Of a stretch of DNA of 64,000 nt, positions 12,803-24,888 are shown piece after piece (the first letter of the stretch is position 1; the number at the start of each line of letters is the position of its first letter). The notes below the pieces were generated by a model, which searched no databases, was not told the DNA's origin, and saw nothing but the letters and a program-made list of their open reading frames with translations. Source of the DNA: Dimorphilus gyrociliatus (taxonomy: Eukaryota > Animalia > Annelida); contig CAJFCJ010000014.1 in the NCBI GenBank assembly GCA_904063045.1, forward strand, positions 2,167,643 to 2,231,642, in the 5' to 3' direction. The translations under genes and the position numbers were made by a program.

Positions 12803-15441
12803 TTAAACGATTTCTCTTTCTTGTATTTCGTTTGGTTGTGGTTCGGTTGGTGGAGGGATATATCTTTGGCTTCTTGGGTTTGGACCATCGTCAGTTGGAG
12901 CTCTAGGTTGAACTGGTGGTGTAAAATAATTATTTGCGTTCTCTTCAGCTGCAGCCGTTTTCGCATTTTTTTTCATACATATAAAAACAATTAAGCTAAC
13001 AATGACAATAAAGAGGGCACCTCCCAAAATAGCTCCTATTATAATATATTTGGAATTTTCTGTGGATGATGTTGTTATCTTTTTAGAAGTGGCCGTAGTT
13101 GTAGCAATGTTCTCTGATGGAACAGTTATTTCAAATTCTTCCGTGCAATCTGATTCCGTTTTATATTTGATATTAAGAGCGCAGATTTTAATAAGATACT
13201 TTTGTCCACTTTTCAAGCTATTTAACGCAAAATATGGTGAATTATTTTCTTTGGTTCTTGACCAATCAGTGCTAGATTTGGTAAATAGGGAATAAGTTGT
13301 TTTATAACCTCCCGTAAACGATTCTACGCATTCAATAGACACTCGACCATTAATTGGTTTTGTAATTTGACAATCTATCGGCGCTTCAGCAGGACCTGGT
13401 GGTAGTATTTCAAATACGCAATCTTCTTTCATACGACCAATTCCATTTGAAGCTGAACAGCTAACTTTACCATATTCTTCAACAGTATAATTTATTTTGT
13501 GATAAGAATGAGTTCTATCTGATTGATACGTCATTCCAGTAAAATCTCCAGAGATTGATGACCAATTAAATGTAGTAGGAGAATTTGAAAACGAATTAAC
13601 GCGACAAACTAATTCTATTGTTGAATTAAGTAGACCAGCATATTTCATAGTTTGTCTCTTGCAGTATGGGGTATCTAAATAACGAGATAGAAAATAATAT
13701 ATAAAAAAGCCAATCATCCTATTTTAATAAGAATGATAATATTTAAAAAAAGAGCACAATAATAAAAAAAAATATTCGTACAATAAACAATGACGTCAAT
13801 ACTTTTACTCATAGTTTTTCCAACTGTATTCTCCAATGTACAATAAAATAAACCTTGATGTTGTCTTAAAAGGCGGAAGAGGAAAGAAGAAAGTTGAAAA
13901 AAAAAGAAGATAAAACACTTACTATGCTATATATCATTTCTTTTCTATATTTTGAATTGATTAATTAATTATACCTTTTAATTGATGATATCTTTAGAGA
14001 TACAGTTGTATTTGTTATTAGTTTTGTTGCATTATTGAGGTATTCAATATTATTTAGATACCAATTGACATTAATTAAACTTGGATTTGTCTTATAATCG
14101 TATTGTAATAATAGTTCATTGCCTTCTTCAACAGCAACGACCCTTTGCTTTGTGACAGTAATTGGTTTATCTATATAGTATATGAATATATTAGTTTCTA
14201 TTATAATTAATAATTGTAATTTAAATATATTACATTGTACTGCAAGTTTCTTGGATATTTTAATTGGATCTTGTAACACTTCGTTATTAATACGGCACAT
14301 ATAGATGGCACCATCGTCAAAGGATGACGCTATGAAATTTATTTCGTTTTCCACGTTATAAGTTGAATTATCATTTTGTATCATTTTTATTTTGCCTAAA
14401 AGTGAATAACCATTCCTAAACCATTGTAAACGTGCTGGGGGTCTGCTGTCATCTGCATGACAAACTAAAGTGACAGTTGAAGATTCCTTTACAATATTTC
14501 CATTTGACGTAATGTAAGGTAGAGTAGGCTTAACTGTAAACAAACTCATCAGTCATTCTCGGGGAATGTTCAATATTTAAAGATTAAATAATTACGGTTA
14601 AAGATAAGATATTTTGTCCTGGTGACGTCATAATTGACTTGGTTTACTCTGATTCTACATTCGATTTTCGCTGAATATAATTCTCTTGAGGCAAATATTT
14701 TAATTGTTGATGTTCTTGTAAGAGTTTTATTATCGTGCGCTTTAGTTTGACTTCCGTTTTCGTCTAATTCCAATATTGTTCCATTCGTTGCTAGAATGAA
14801 AAGTTTTAAGAAAAGGACAAAAGTTTATAAAACATTTCCAAAAGGATTACTTGTTAAAGTCCAAGTAATATTTGCGGCAGGTCTACTAGACTGGGCCGTA
14901 CATGAGATATTTAGAAAACTTTCCTCAACCAAAGTTCCACGTGGTGTTGATATTTTAGTGTCCCATGGTTCAACTATAAAATATAATGTAGATAAAAAGT
15001 ATTTAATAAGAAATCAAAGTGAATTGAAACCGTAAATTTCAACAAAGAACTGCTTAGTTTCCGCTCCAATTAAACATTCATAGGTATCGCTGTCTTCAAC
15101 AACGGCTGCAAGGATAATTAAAGTTTCTCTCGTATCTTCGACAATTATATCATATTTCCATTTATCTCTACGGAGGATACCGAAGAGAGCTATTACTCCG
15201 CCACCATGATTCTTCTGATCCCATACAATTCTACTTTGAAATGGTTTTCTACAGGTTAATTCGACTCTTTTACCGCTTTGCTCTTTAATTTTCACAATTT
15301 CATTTCTGGACTCTGTAACTTTTATATATAAAGTTGCAATTGATATGATTAATCTATACAAAAAAAGAAGAGAATTATGAAATATATCCAATTAATTAGT
15401 TCAGTCTATACTAACAATAAAATTCGAAAAAGGTCCACCAT
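12803..15441 (-). CDS. Type I membrane IgSF adhesion protein, SP-5xIg-FN3-TM (Sidestep/nephrin-like)
   Basis: Exons 15441-15416, 15353-15031, 14973-14851, 14790-14596, 14533-14234, 14170-13975, 13864-13782 and 13674-12803, phases consistent. Signal peptide MVDLFRILLLIISIATLYIKVTES, Ig motifs (LTC..W..D...YEC; SC.A..SRPAANITW; LVCHADDSRPPARLQW..DDGAIYMC), an FN3 domain, a TM segment (YIIIGAILGGALFIVIVSLIVFI) and a Pro-rich tail. Confidence 0.85.
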
Positions 15442-16710
15442 GTTTCCAATGGTATAAACTGATTAAAACAATGAATATCCTAGTTATATATACACTATAC
15501 GAGTGACAATGTCAACAAAATTTTGTTAGCCAACTGCAAACTTTACGTCACTACAAAAATTAGCCGCTTTTTGGTCAGGTGAAAAGCATTCAATTCCGTA
15601 GAGAATCTGACATTTTAGACGAACCATGTGATCTCCGCCTCTTTCCATCCTTTTGAATAAAATCATATCATACAGTCGTATACTATATAAATATATAATT
15701 ATTCACTTTTCCAACATTTAAAATGGAACTTTTAAACGATTCGAACGCAATAGCATGAAATATTGTATTCCTATTCTCCCTCTTGTAAGAATTCAATCAT
15801 TCTTATTTTATTGAGTAGTTGATTTATGAATCAATTTACTGGTTATTATCGTTACTTGTAATAATATAGTTTAAGTTGTAGGAGGTTAAATATATTGTAG
15901 TACTATATATACAGTATAAATTTATATGTATATATATATAGGAAAATACTCCCTATATACAATTTTAATGTTTTCTATAATACTTTATAGATAAAAAAAA
16001 CATATCTAAAGGCCATCTATTTTATTTCTGAAAGAGTAACATACAAAAAAAGCTATTTTCATAAAAATTTTAAATGTAGGTCACCTTAAAAGAATAACAA
16101 AAAAAATTAAAAAAGATTAATTAACATAAATACTACTATTTTTTCTTTTTAATGTTCTATTTTCTAGGAAATTTAATGAAAAATTGCTGGTTTTTAGATT
16201 ATTAATTTAGCTACACATGTGAATTGTACATAGATATACAGTATGTTCATAAAAATAGTGGGCTTAGTTAACAATCTGTTGTTGTATGCAATTTATTTGT
16301 TACCACATGCTAATGAATTTCCAATTAAAAAAAAATATTTAATTCATGATGAATATTAATTATGTAATTATCTTTATATCTTGTTTATGTAAAATCAATG
16401 ATAGATTACAATTCACAGATATTTTAATGTATAAATTTAAAGTTATTAATTAAAAAAAGAACTTAATAAAACAAAGTGATGTATATTCGTTATTAGATAT
16501 TAAATGTTGCTGTAATTTTTTAATCTTCAATAGATAATCTGCTTATGTTAATTTTTTGTATTATGTTCAATGAATTGAAAAAAAACAATCACTTTATCAT
16601 TATTACTTTTAACATAATATAGAATATTTATATAGACGTATATATTTTTATAATTATACAGACATTCAATATCTTTCATAAATAATTTATCATTAGTTAT
16701 TAATATCTTT

Positions 16711-18678
16711 TTATATATTAAAACCTTTGGCAAAGTACACTTTAAACAAATTTTCAATTGTGGTGTTGAGATTTAATTGATCCATAGATTTTCTATTTGC
16801 GTCTTTTTCGGCTTTCTGATCTAATTCAACCCAAACTTTCATTCTTTTATCGTCGTAGTTTGATTGAATTTTTGCTTCGGGTGCTTTAAATATTTCGATG
16901 TATTTGGTCTCAGGTGTAAATGGTTTCCAGTCGCTTATTTCTCTGTTTAATTGAATATAAATATAAATGATTATTAAATAGATATTAAATTGTTTATTTG
17001 AAGATTATATTAACCCTTTGGTCAAAAATTCGGTAAATCGCTTAATTAAAGAAATTGATATATCTTTATGTTCTTTCTTCCAAGGTATTTCTGACCTTTC
17101 TGCAAAGGTTTCTCCAAAGGTAAATCTGTATTCTTCGCCATGGCATGTTTCAACCCACGATGGAGCTTCAACCGACATATTTGGAACATGTACTTCGTAC
17201 ATATATACTGGGGCGTTACTTTGATGCATATAAGCCAATTTATAAGTAGGAAAATTAACCATCATATCACCAAATATTTTACAACCGCTCTTGAGATAAT
17301 CTTCATCCTTCTTTGTTCTTTTGGGACCAAAGGATTTAACTAATTTTTGTACAACCTCATCAGTTACTTCGGTTGAACTATTCATAAACGTAAAATCCTT
17401 AACGATACCGTTAAGAATCATGTTAAAATGATCAGCTCCCTTAAGTTTTCCATCAGTTGAGGTTAAATATTTAGAAAACATTTTGAATCCCTCATCAAAA
17501 GTTCCAAGCATAAGAGGAACCTGTGAATATTCTTTACTTTCTATTAGCTCCTTTGGATGTTTTGTTAAGAATTTCCCATCGATACAAACTCCCATAGGAA
17601 TTGCGTTATGTGTAATTCTTGTTATAGAAGAAATGGGAAGTTGCATTAGATATTCCTTTATCTCTTTTCCATCTTTCGATCCTGTTATTTTTTTTTGAGT
17701 ATATATATAAATGTTTAAAAAGTATATATTAATATATAAATATTTACCAGAATAACCGAATCGTTTAGCAAAAAAGTAAAGAGTTTCGGAAAAAAATTCT
17801 CTTGAGTATGCAATAGGACTAATTAAATTACCACTGCTACATATAACTTTATGAAAGAGCCCTTTTGATAAACTTGACATCATGTGGGCAGTCGCCATAG
17901 TGGCACCTATCAGAATAAAAATTTTAAATAAAATAACAAAATTTGTGTTAAAAGTGGCGCCTACCTGAGCCAACCCCGTATAAAGTTACATTATTTTTAT
18001 CTCCCCCGAAATATTCGATGTACTTATTGATCCATTTAAGGGCAGCAACTTGATCCAAAAGTCCATAATTACCTTGCAGTACGCCATCTTTTGTACACAT
18101 AAATCCTAGAAAAATGAAATAATTTGTTATCGTAAATTCTATTAATATTAATCAACTTTAATTACCTAAAATACCCAAACGATAATTAAAGTTCACAACG
18201 ATGGCACCTGTTCCACAGGCGAGAATCTCTCCGTCGAAAATATCACCGCATCCACTTTTGAAATTTCCACCATGAATAAAAACCAAAACTGGTAGACGAT
18301 GGCCTTTATTAACTTTTGAAGGTCTCCATATATTTAAATAGAGACAGTCTTCGTCCATATTTTGCTCTTTAATATATCTTTTCGGCGGTGAGAATTCTTT
18401 CGATAGAGATTCCATAGACTGAGGAACAAAATTGCCTATAGGAAAGCTATTATTATGAATATTATTTAACAAAAGACTAAATAAACTTCATTACGTAAAT
18501 TCTTGGCATCTCTCTTTCCCTCCCATAGAGGAACTTCTTGTGGTTCTTCAAATCTACCGGCAGTTGCATATTGAATTCCCAGAAAATGATCTATGTGATT
18601 GGCGAAAGCCTTAATGAATGAAGTTCCACCTTCGATAGAAGAAGAGATTGAAAAGGTGACTGCTGGGTAAAGATCCAT
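16711..18678 (-). CDS. Type B carboxylesterase/cholinesterase-fold protein lacking the catalytic serine (pseudoenzyme)
   Basis: Exons 18678-18495, 18435-18166, 18105-17965, 17906-17748, 17681-17015 and 16942-16711. Motifs [62 protein letters not shown] (canonical GESAG), DEG and HGEE. Confidence 0.9.
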
Positions 18679-19452
18679 TTTTCAGAGTGAAATGAAAAAA
18701 AAAATAATTTCGGCTGTCTTTTATAACAACAGGAAATTAATGAAGGGAACAGGAGTTTATATTATAAAATTAATAGCTGCAGGTATAGCATATGGCAACA
18801 TGTGTTAAAATGAATGAATGAACATTAAATTTTATGCTATCTATTAAAAATGGACATAGTAAAATTAAAATAACAATAAAATTACATAAAATGGTTCAAA
18901 TCTTAAATAGAAAATCTTTTCAAATATGACACAAATGAACAACTAATCATTGTTAGCGCCATCTGGTTTACTACTATTTCGTTACGATGGTTGAAATGAA
19001 AAACATGGGAGAACAATAAATTTACCTACCTTTAAAAAAAAAACAAAATACGGTAGTCTTTTAAAAAATTATATTTACAAACAACTAATTAATATTCAAG
19101 AAATGAATACAAAAGACATTTGATTATATCGTAACTGTTCAATAGCTAGCTAAAAGTGATAAATGATTAAAAATGATTAAAAATCTAATTCCCTTATTTC
19201 TTAGAATATGGAGTATAAATTTTTAATTTAATAATATAATTAATAAGCTAATTAATAAAAAAAAAACATTGAATAATAGCAAACGCATAATTTATATTGT
19301 GAAAAATATAAAATAGACATTACTACACAGTATATTAAGGTTTAGCTATATGTAATTATCAGTAATAAATAAAAAATATTCATATCGTTTAATAATGAAA
19401 ATACATTTTTAATTTTCATTTCATATTTTCATCTGTTTTCACTTGTCTCTCA

Positions 19453-19495
<43 letters not shown>

Positions 19496-19867
19496 ATAAT
19501 ATCCACATATATATATATTCATATATATTCTCTCATTTGCCTCTTTTTACGATAATATCTCTGATTTATTACAAACGTTATTGTTAATGTTGCAATATAG
19601 ACATACGCAGAAATATACGGTCAGCAAATTAATCGGAGATAATTATCAACTAAAACTTCCTGTTCAATACAATTTTGGCCTTCTACCACAGCATATATTT
19701 ATTAGAACAATTAAGTATTATTCATTGAAATTTACACATAACTGACAGAGCAAGGATATTTAATTATTTATATATATCTTTAAAATACCATCATTTATTA
19801 TTGGCTAATTGAAGAAGATAAATAAAAGTAAACTGAATTGAAATAAAACTAAAAATTATAAAGAAAT

Positions 19868-21025
19868 ATGAATAAAAGGTCACAATTGATTGAATCAAAG
19901 AAGTGGATTTCTGTAGATGATTATACGAAACCTGATGCATTATTTTGTCCAGATAATTGCAAATGTAGATTCTGTTTTAACAGAGAGGAAAACAATAAAA
20001 GTCAAATGAATTGTGACCCGATTCCCGAAGATAGTGATGTGGAAATTGCTGAAAAATCATCTGTATCCAACGACTTACTCCCTTCTATCATCTGTGTTGA
20101 AGAGAAGACTGTAGTAAGAGAACAAGCAAACGGAGAAGAAGAAAGAGAGGAAAAAGAAAAGAAAGTGGAGGTAGAGGTTGAACTTGGTAAAGAAGATAAA
20201 GTAAACGCAACTCATGATGTAGGATACCCTATTAACAATTCAAATTATAACTGGAGCATTGCAGAATCATTAACGTCGAATGAAGCTACACATTCCGCCG
20301 ATAAGATAACTCAAACTGACTTTCCCTCTTATACATTTCCGCAAATCTTATGCGATCAATGCGGCCATATGATGTCCATAAGTTCTGACAATTATATAAA
20401 ATTGTACAACGACACTAATGAGTCATTGTTTTCTGCACAATTAATGAATTCGTCTAATTTTCATAAAAATAAGAAAGATCGAGAAACAGTTTTAGACGAG
20501 AGAGCTAATAGAAAGTCCAGTGGATGCTATTCCTTAGATGCAGATGATGTATTTGATCTACCTTGTCGTAGTCAAACTATCGAACTGTCAAATGACATCC
20601 AATCAGTTGTTGAACGAAATCCCAGAAGAAGGGAAGGTAAAGTTAAAGGTAGAGGGACCGTTATTACTTTTAGGAATTCTGCTGAGAATTTCGATGAAAA
20701 GAAAAATTTTTTTGATTCACATAAAAAAGCGACTAATGATTCTTTATCATTAACTAAAAGATTCCGTAATTCAGTTTCTATTGTTCAGAGAGAAAGAATA
20801 CTTTCTGATAGTGAAAATTCAAAAGGAAAGAATTCAAAAGAAACTTTTGATCTTAATAATTCCATTCCTGATATAAAAGAGAGAAGTCGAAGTATTTCAA
20901 ACCTTCAGGAAGGATCTAAAAAACAGTCTATGTTTCCCACCTTTATTTCTTTAACATCAAAAACAAAAGTGCATATGAATAGGCAACTTAGCAAGAACAA
21001 ATCCTATAATTTAGAGAGAACTTAA
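19868..21025 (+). CDS. Uncharacterised, largely low-complexity protein (385 aa)
   Basis: A 1158-nt stop-free ATG ORF in very AT-rich DNA, rich in Ser/Glu/Lys, with CPDNCKCRFC and CDQCGH clusters. No family recognised; extra upstream exons are not excluded. Confidence 0.7.
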   Translation: MNKRSQLIESKKWISVDDYTKPDALFCPDNCKCRFCFNREENNKSQMNCDPIPEDSDVEIAEKSSVSNDLLPSIICVEEKTVVREQANGEEEREEKEKKVEVEVELGKEDKVNATHDVGYPINNSNYNWSIAESLTSNEATHSADKITQTDFPSYTFPQILCDQCGHMMSISSDNYIKLYNDTNESLFSAQLMNSSNFHKNKKDRETVLDERANRKSSGCYSLDADDVFDLPCRSQTIELSNDIQSVVERNPRRREGKVKGRGTVITFRNSAENFDEKKNFFDSHKKATNDSLSLTKRFRNSVSIVQRERILSDSENSKGKNSKETFDLNNSIPDIKERSRSISNLQEGSKKQSMFPTFISLTSKTKVHMNRQLSKNKSYNLERT

Positions 21026-22459
21026 TGAATTTAATTCAAGTAATCTGAAACTAAAGGAAATAAGATATTATTCTGTCGCTTAATTCACTCTGAATGAACT
21101 GAGTAGCAAAATAAAGACTATTCTATAATATCATCAAGAATTTTATCTCCGTAGTATTTATGATTAACGATAGTTTTGCTTTGTGAAGGAAGAATCAAGT
21201 AAGTTATACTATATATATATAATTAAAAATAAACAAAATTTACAAATTACTATATGTTTTTATTGATAGATCACAACAATAATACGCTTTTCTTCAATTA
21301 TTTATACATACGCACCGATTTTTTTATAAACGTCTTTAAAAGACAATCTTTAAATGCTTTAGACATGAGCAGTAATTGATATTTTCTTTCTATGAAACGG
21401 TGTGGATTAAAGTGGCTCTTGTGGTAAATAGTAATCTTCGCCATACAGAGTGTGAGTTGTTTGAGTAAAGGTGTCCTGTAACACTTTAACACAATCATTA
21501 GCTTTCGCTCTTGGCTTTACAAACTTCAAGTATACTTTCTCTTGATGGAACACTTCTTTCCAGATTTCAATGGAAGGAAGCCCTGAATACCTATTAGGGA
21601 AGATGTCTAACTTTGAGCATGTTTTACAATAGCAAATGCAACATCAGTCCATCAAATAAGACCTCTTTTTTTAATAAACTATATTTTCTGTTATAAATAG
21701 CTTTTGATTTGAAAAGGGTTTTTCATATTATCTCTTTTTACCCTTATCCACATTGTAAAATCCTGAATGTTTAAAAACATCCATGGAAGGGAGATCCTGC
21801 TCTTTTTTACTATCTACATATGTTGCAGCCTGATTTGGGCATGAAGTATCAAACAAACATATCTATTAATCGTTAAACTTAAAGTGGCTCTCGTAATGTT
21901 TCCTAGTACAGCATAGGAAAAGTGTGCAGGACAGTAAATTGATCAGTAACTGCCATCTAGTTCATAAAAATTCATAACTTTTATTGAGTATTCCTTTTTC
22001 TATGCTTTTTCTGATCTATGACAGAAAGAAGTGTGGAAAAAAAGAGGGGGGAGAGAGAGAGAGAGAGTTATGTGAGTTAAATATAAATGTACTTTTTCTT
22101 CTTAAACTATTCATTGAATCACTAAAGGCGGAGCCAATAAAAGTATTTCAATTAACAGAAGGTGTGTAGTTTAGCCATGTAGAGTGACATGAACATTGAT
22201 GCTTCTAAATAATTAAGAAATGAGTAACAGTTTCAGGTATATGTTACAATATTACAAAGGAGAGTATATGTAACAGTAACAAATGATATAAGATCTAGAA
22301 AAAACGATTTGGAAAGTTATGGTACATGTCTTTTTTTATGATATCTGTTGATTCCCATTGATAACATTTGAAATTCATTTTAAAACAATATACGCATATA
22401 TATATAAATATATATATATTAGATTTGTTAACTCTGTTAACTTAAGTCTTTAAGATTCA

Positions 22460-24496
22460 ATGGGGATGAAAACGCTTTTTCTCGCTTTTCTCCTTTGTGG
22501 TTTTGTCTATTCTATTGACTGGGTAGGATCCTCTTAAATCATTTGATAATATCTTAACTTATTATGCTATTTTTCTAAGGATGTAGAAACGGCGTTAGAT
22601 AAATTTGTAAAAGCGGATGATGGTGCATTTGAATGGGCAAGTATTCGTGAAGAAAAATATGAAAATTTCACTCACCATGTTTTAAACATGACATCTCAAT
22701 ATTGGAAAAATGGTAATTTTAAGTTATTACTTAATAAATAACAATTAAATATTGTAGTGTCCTTCGTTGTAAAATAAACTTACAGATAGCTGGTCTGATG
22801 CTAGAGTTTGGTATCATTTTCTTCATGTTCTCGTTCCAAATGAAATTGAATTTAGCGAAAGTTCCATCTTGTGGATTGAAGGAGGAAGAAGAGGGAGAGA
22901 GTAAGTTGTTATAGTTTTTTTTTATCAGTAAATCATTTAGGTGTCTTCTCTTAAAAATGAATAGCCCACCAACAGTAGATGACAACGTTTTCTTGGGGGT
23001 TCTTTCTGATATTTGTCAAGATATAAAGGGAATTGTTGCTATGTTACAAATGATACCTTATCAACCAATAGTTTATGGTAATGACCCCGAACAAAAGAGA
23101 AGAAGTGAAGATGACAGTATAGCATACACATGGAGACAATACATTGAAAATCCAGCTGATCCTGAAATTCTCTTGCAATTTCCCAGTACCAAAGCAGCTG
23201 TAAAAGCCTTGGATGCCATCCAAGAATTCACAAAGCAAGTTCGACCAGAGACTAACATTGATAAATTTTTAGTATCAGGGGGATCCAAGGTAACTTTAAG
23301 GCTAAATTAATTTAACCCTCCTCTACTATCTCTATTAATTTATTAAACATCTAATTTTAGAGAGGATGGATCAGTTGGTTATTAGGATGTGTTGATAAAA
23401 GAGTAAACGCTATGGCACCTGTCGTGTTAACTGCCGTTAACTTTCAAGAGAATTTGAGAAGGCATTGGAGAGCTCTTGGGGGCTGGTCATTTGCTTTAAA
23501 AGATTATTATAATCAAAATATTACGAAAGATCTTAACTCTCCAGTTGTGACAGAGATGATGAAACACATTGATCCCTTCAGTAATTTCTTTCATTTTAAA
23601 GATTGCCAAAAATGTTTAATAAATCACATTTCTTTCAAGGTTATAAAGAAAGGTTAACCATGCCAAAAGTTATTGTTGCTGCTTGCGGAGACGAATTCTT
23701 TAGACCAGACGACTCTCATGTCTTTTTCAACGAATTACCAGAACCAAAATATATGCTGTATATATTAATTAATATGTTCATAGTTTTTGTATTGATATCT
23801 CCTTTTATTTTTTCATTTTTTGAAGATTGCTTGCTAATGCTCAACACACTCTTGTTGGTTCCTATCATAGAGTTATAAGCACATTAGAAGCTTTGTTTAT
23901 TGGAGTTAATACTCCTGGCTATCAATTGCCAAAGTTAAGTTGGGAAAGAGGATCGGTTTGTTAATAATAATATATTATATTTTAATATTCAAATGAATAC
24001 TATTTATTTTTAGCTTCCAAACGGTGGTTATATAAGATTAACATCAAACGATAATCCGTATGAAGTTAATGCTGTGTCCGCTGAAACCGGTGAAAGAAGT
24101 AAAAGAGATTTTAGACTTGTAACCGGAATCCCACCTTATGTTAATCCCGTTCTTTGGGAATGGGAGGACGCTAACAATACAGTAAGAAATATTTTTATAA
24201 TTTAAGACTACTTTCGAACTAATAGAAATTGTTTTACAGGCACCCGGTGTTTGGGAAGCAAAGTACAATGAAGAAGATGATGTTTATGTTGGTATGATCA
24301 TGGAGGTAAAATTACTTAGCTTCATCCTTTTATTTCAAAGTATAAACTGGTTCATTTTAAAAATTATTTTTAGGCATACTTTAGAGGACCTAAAGAAGAT
24401 ACACACTTTGAGTTTACAACAGAAATCCAGGTTCTACCAGATACTTTCCCATTCGAAGATTGTGTAGGGGATGGGTGCCGCGGCGAACTTGTTTAA
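22460..24496 (+). CDS. Secreted PqaA-family / AprA-like alpha/beta-hydrolase
   Basis: Ten exons: 22460-22522, 22580-22712, 22786-22900, 22965-23289, 23361-23580, 23640-23757, 23826-23955, 24014-24181, 24240-24305 and 24374-24496. Signal peptide plus family motifs LNMTSQYW, WYHFLHVLVP, RSEDDSIAYTW, GGSKRGW, GDEFFRPDD, NAQH and TTEIQVLPDTFPFEDC. Confidence 0.88.
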
Positions 24497-24888
24497 TGAG
24501 TATACTGTATACAGTATAACGGCATAAATATGGAGCAAAAAATGCTATTTTTTTGTGATTGTTTTCTATATCTTTTTTTCTTAATAAACTTAAAAAAAGA
24601 TAAATAAAACAACAATTTCCCATATTTTTTTATTTAGTACGAAAAGATGTTGTCTATTGTCTCTAATGTAGGATAGAATAATAAAAAAAGAAAAGCAAAC
24701 GTTGTGTAAGCCTTCGTTCCAAAAACGAAATTGAATACTTCAATAAAGTATAAACTTTTAGACAATAGGATAGATTTACTAAACTAGAATATATGTCAAA
24801 CTGATTCTTGTAGTGAATAGGTGCACTTCTAATAGGCATTACAAATTTTTGAAAATTAAACTCTCTTCCTCTTTTATAACCGAGAAAA

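Noticed and set aside
21610-21670. In-frame TGA before CCICYCKTC, a possible selenocysteine
   Set aside because: The same frame has a TAA a few codons upstream and no SECIS element was evident.
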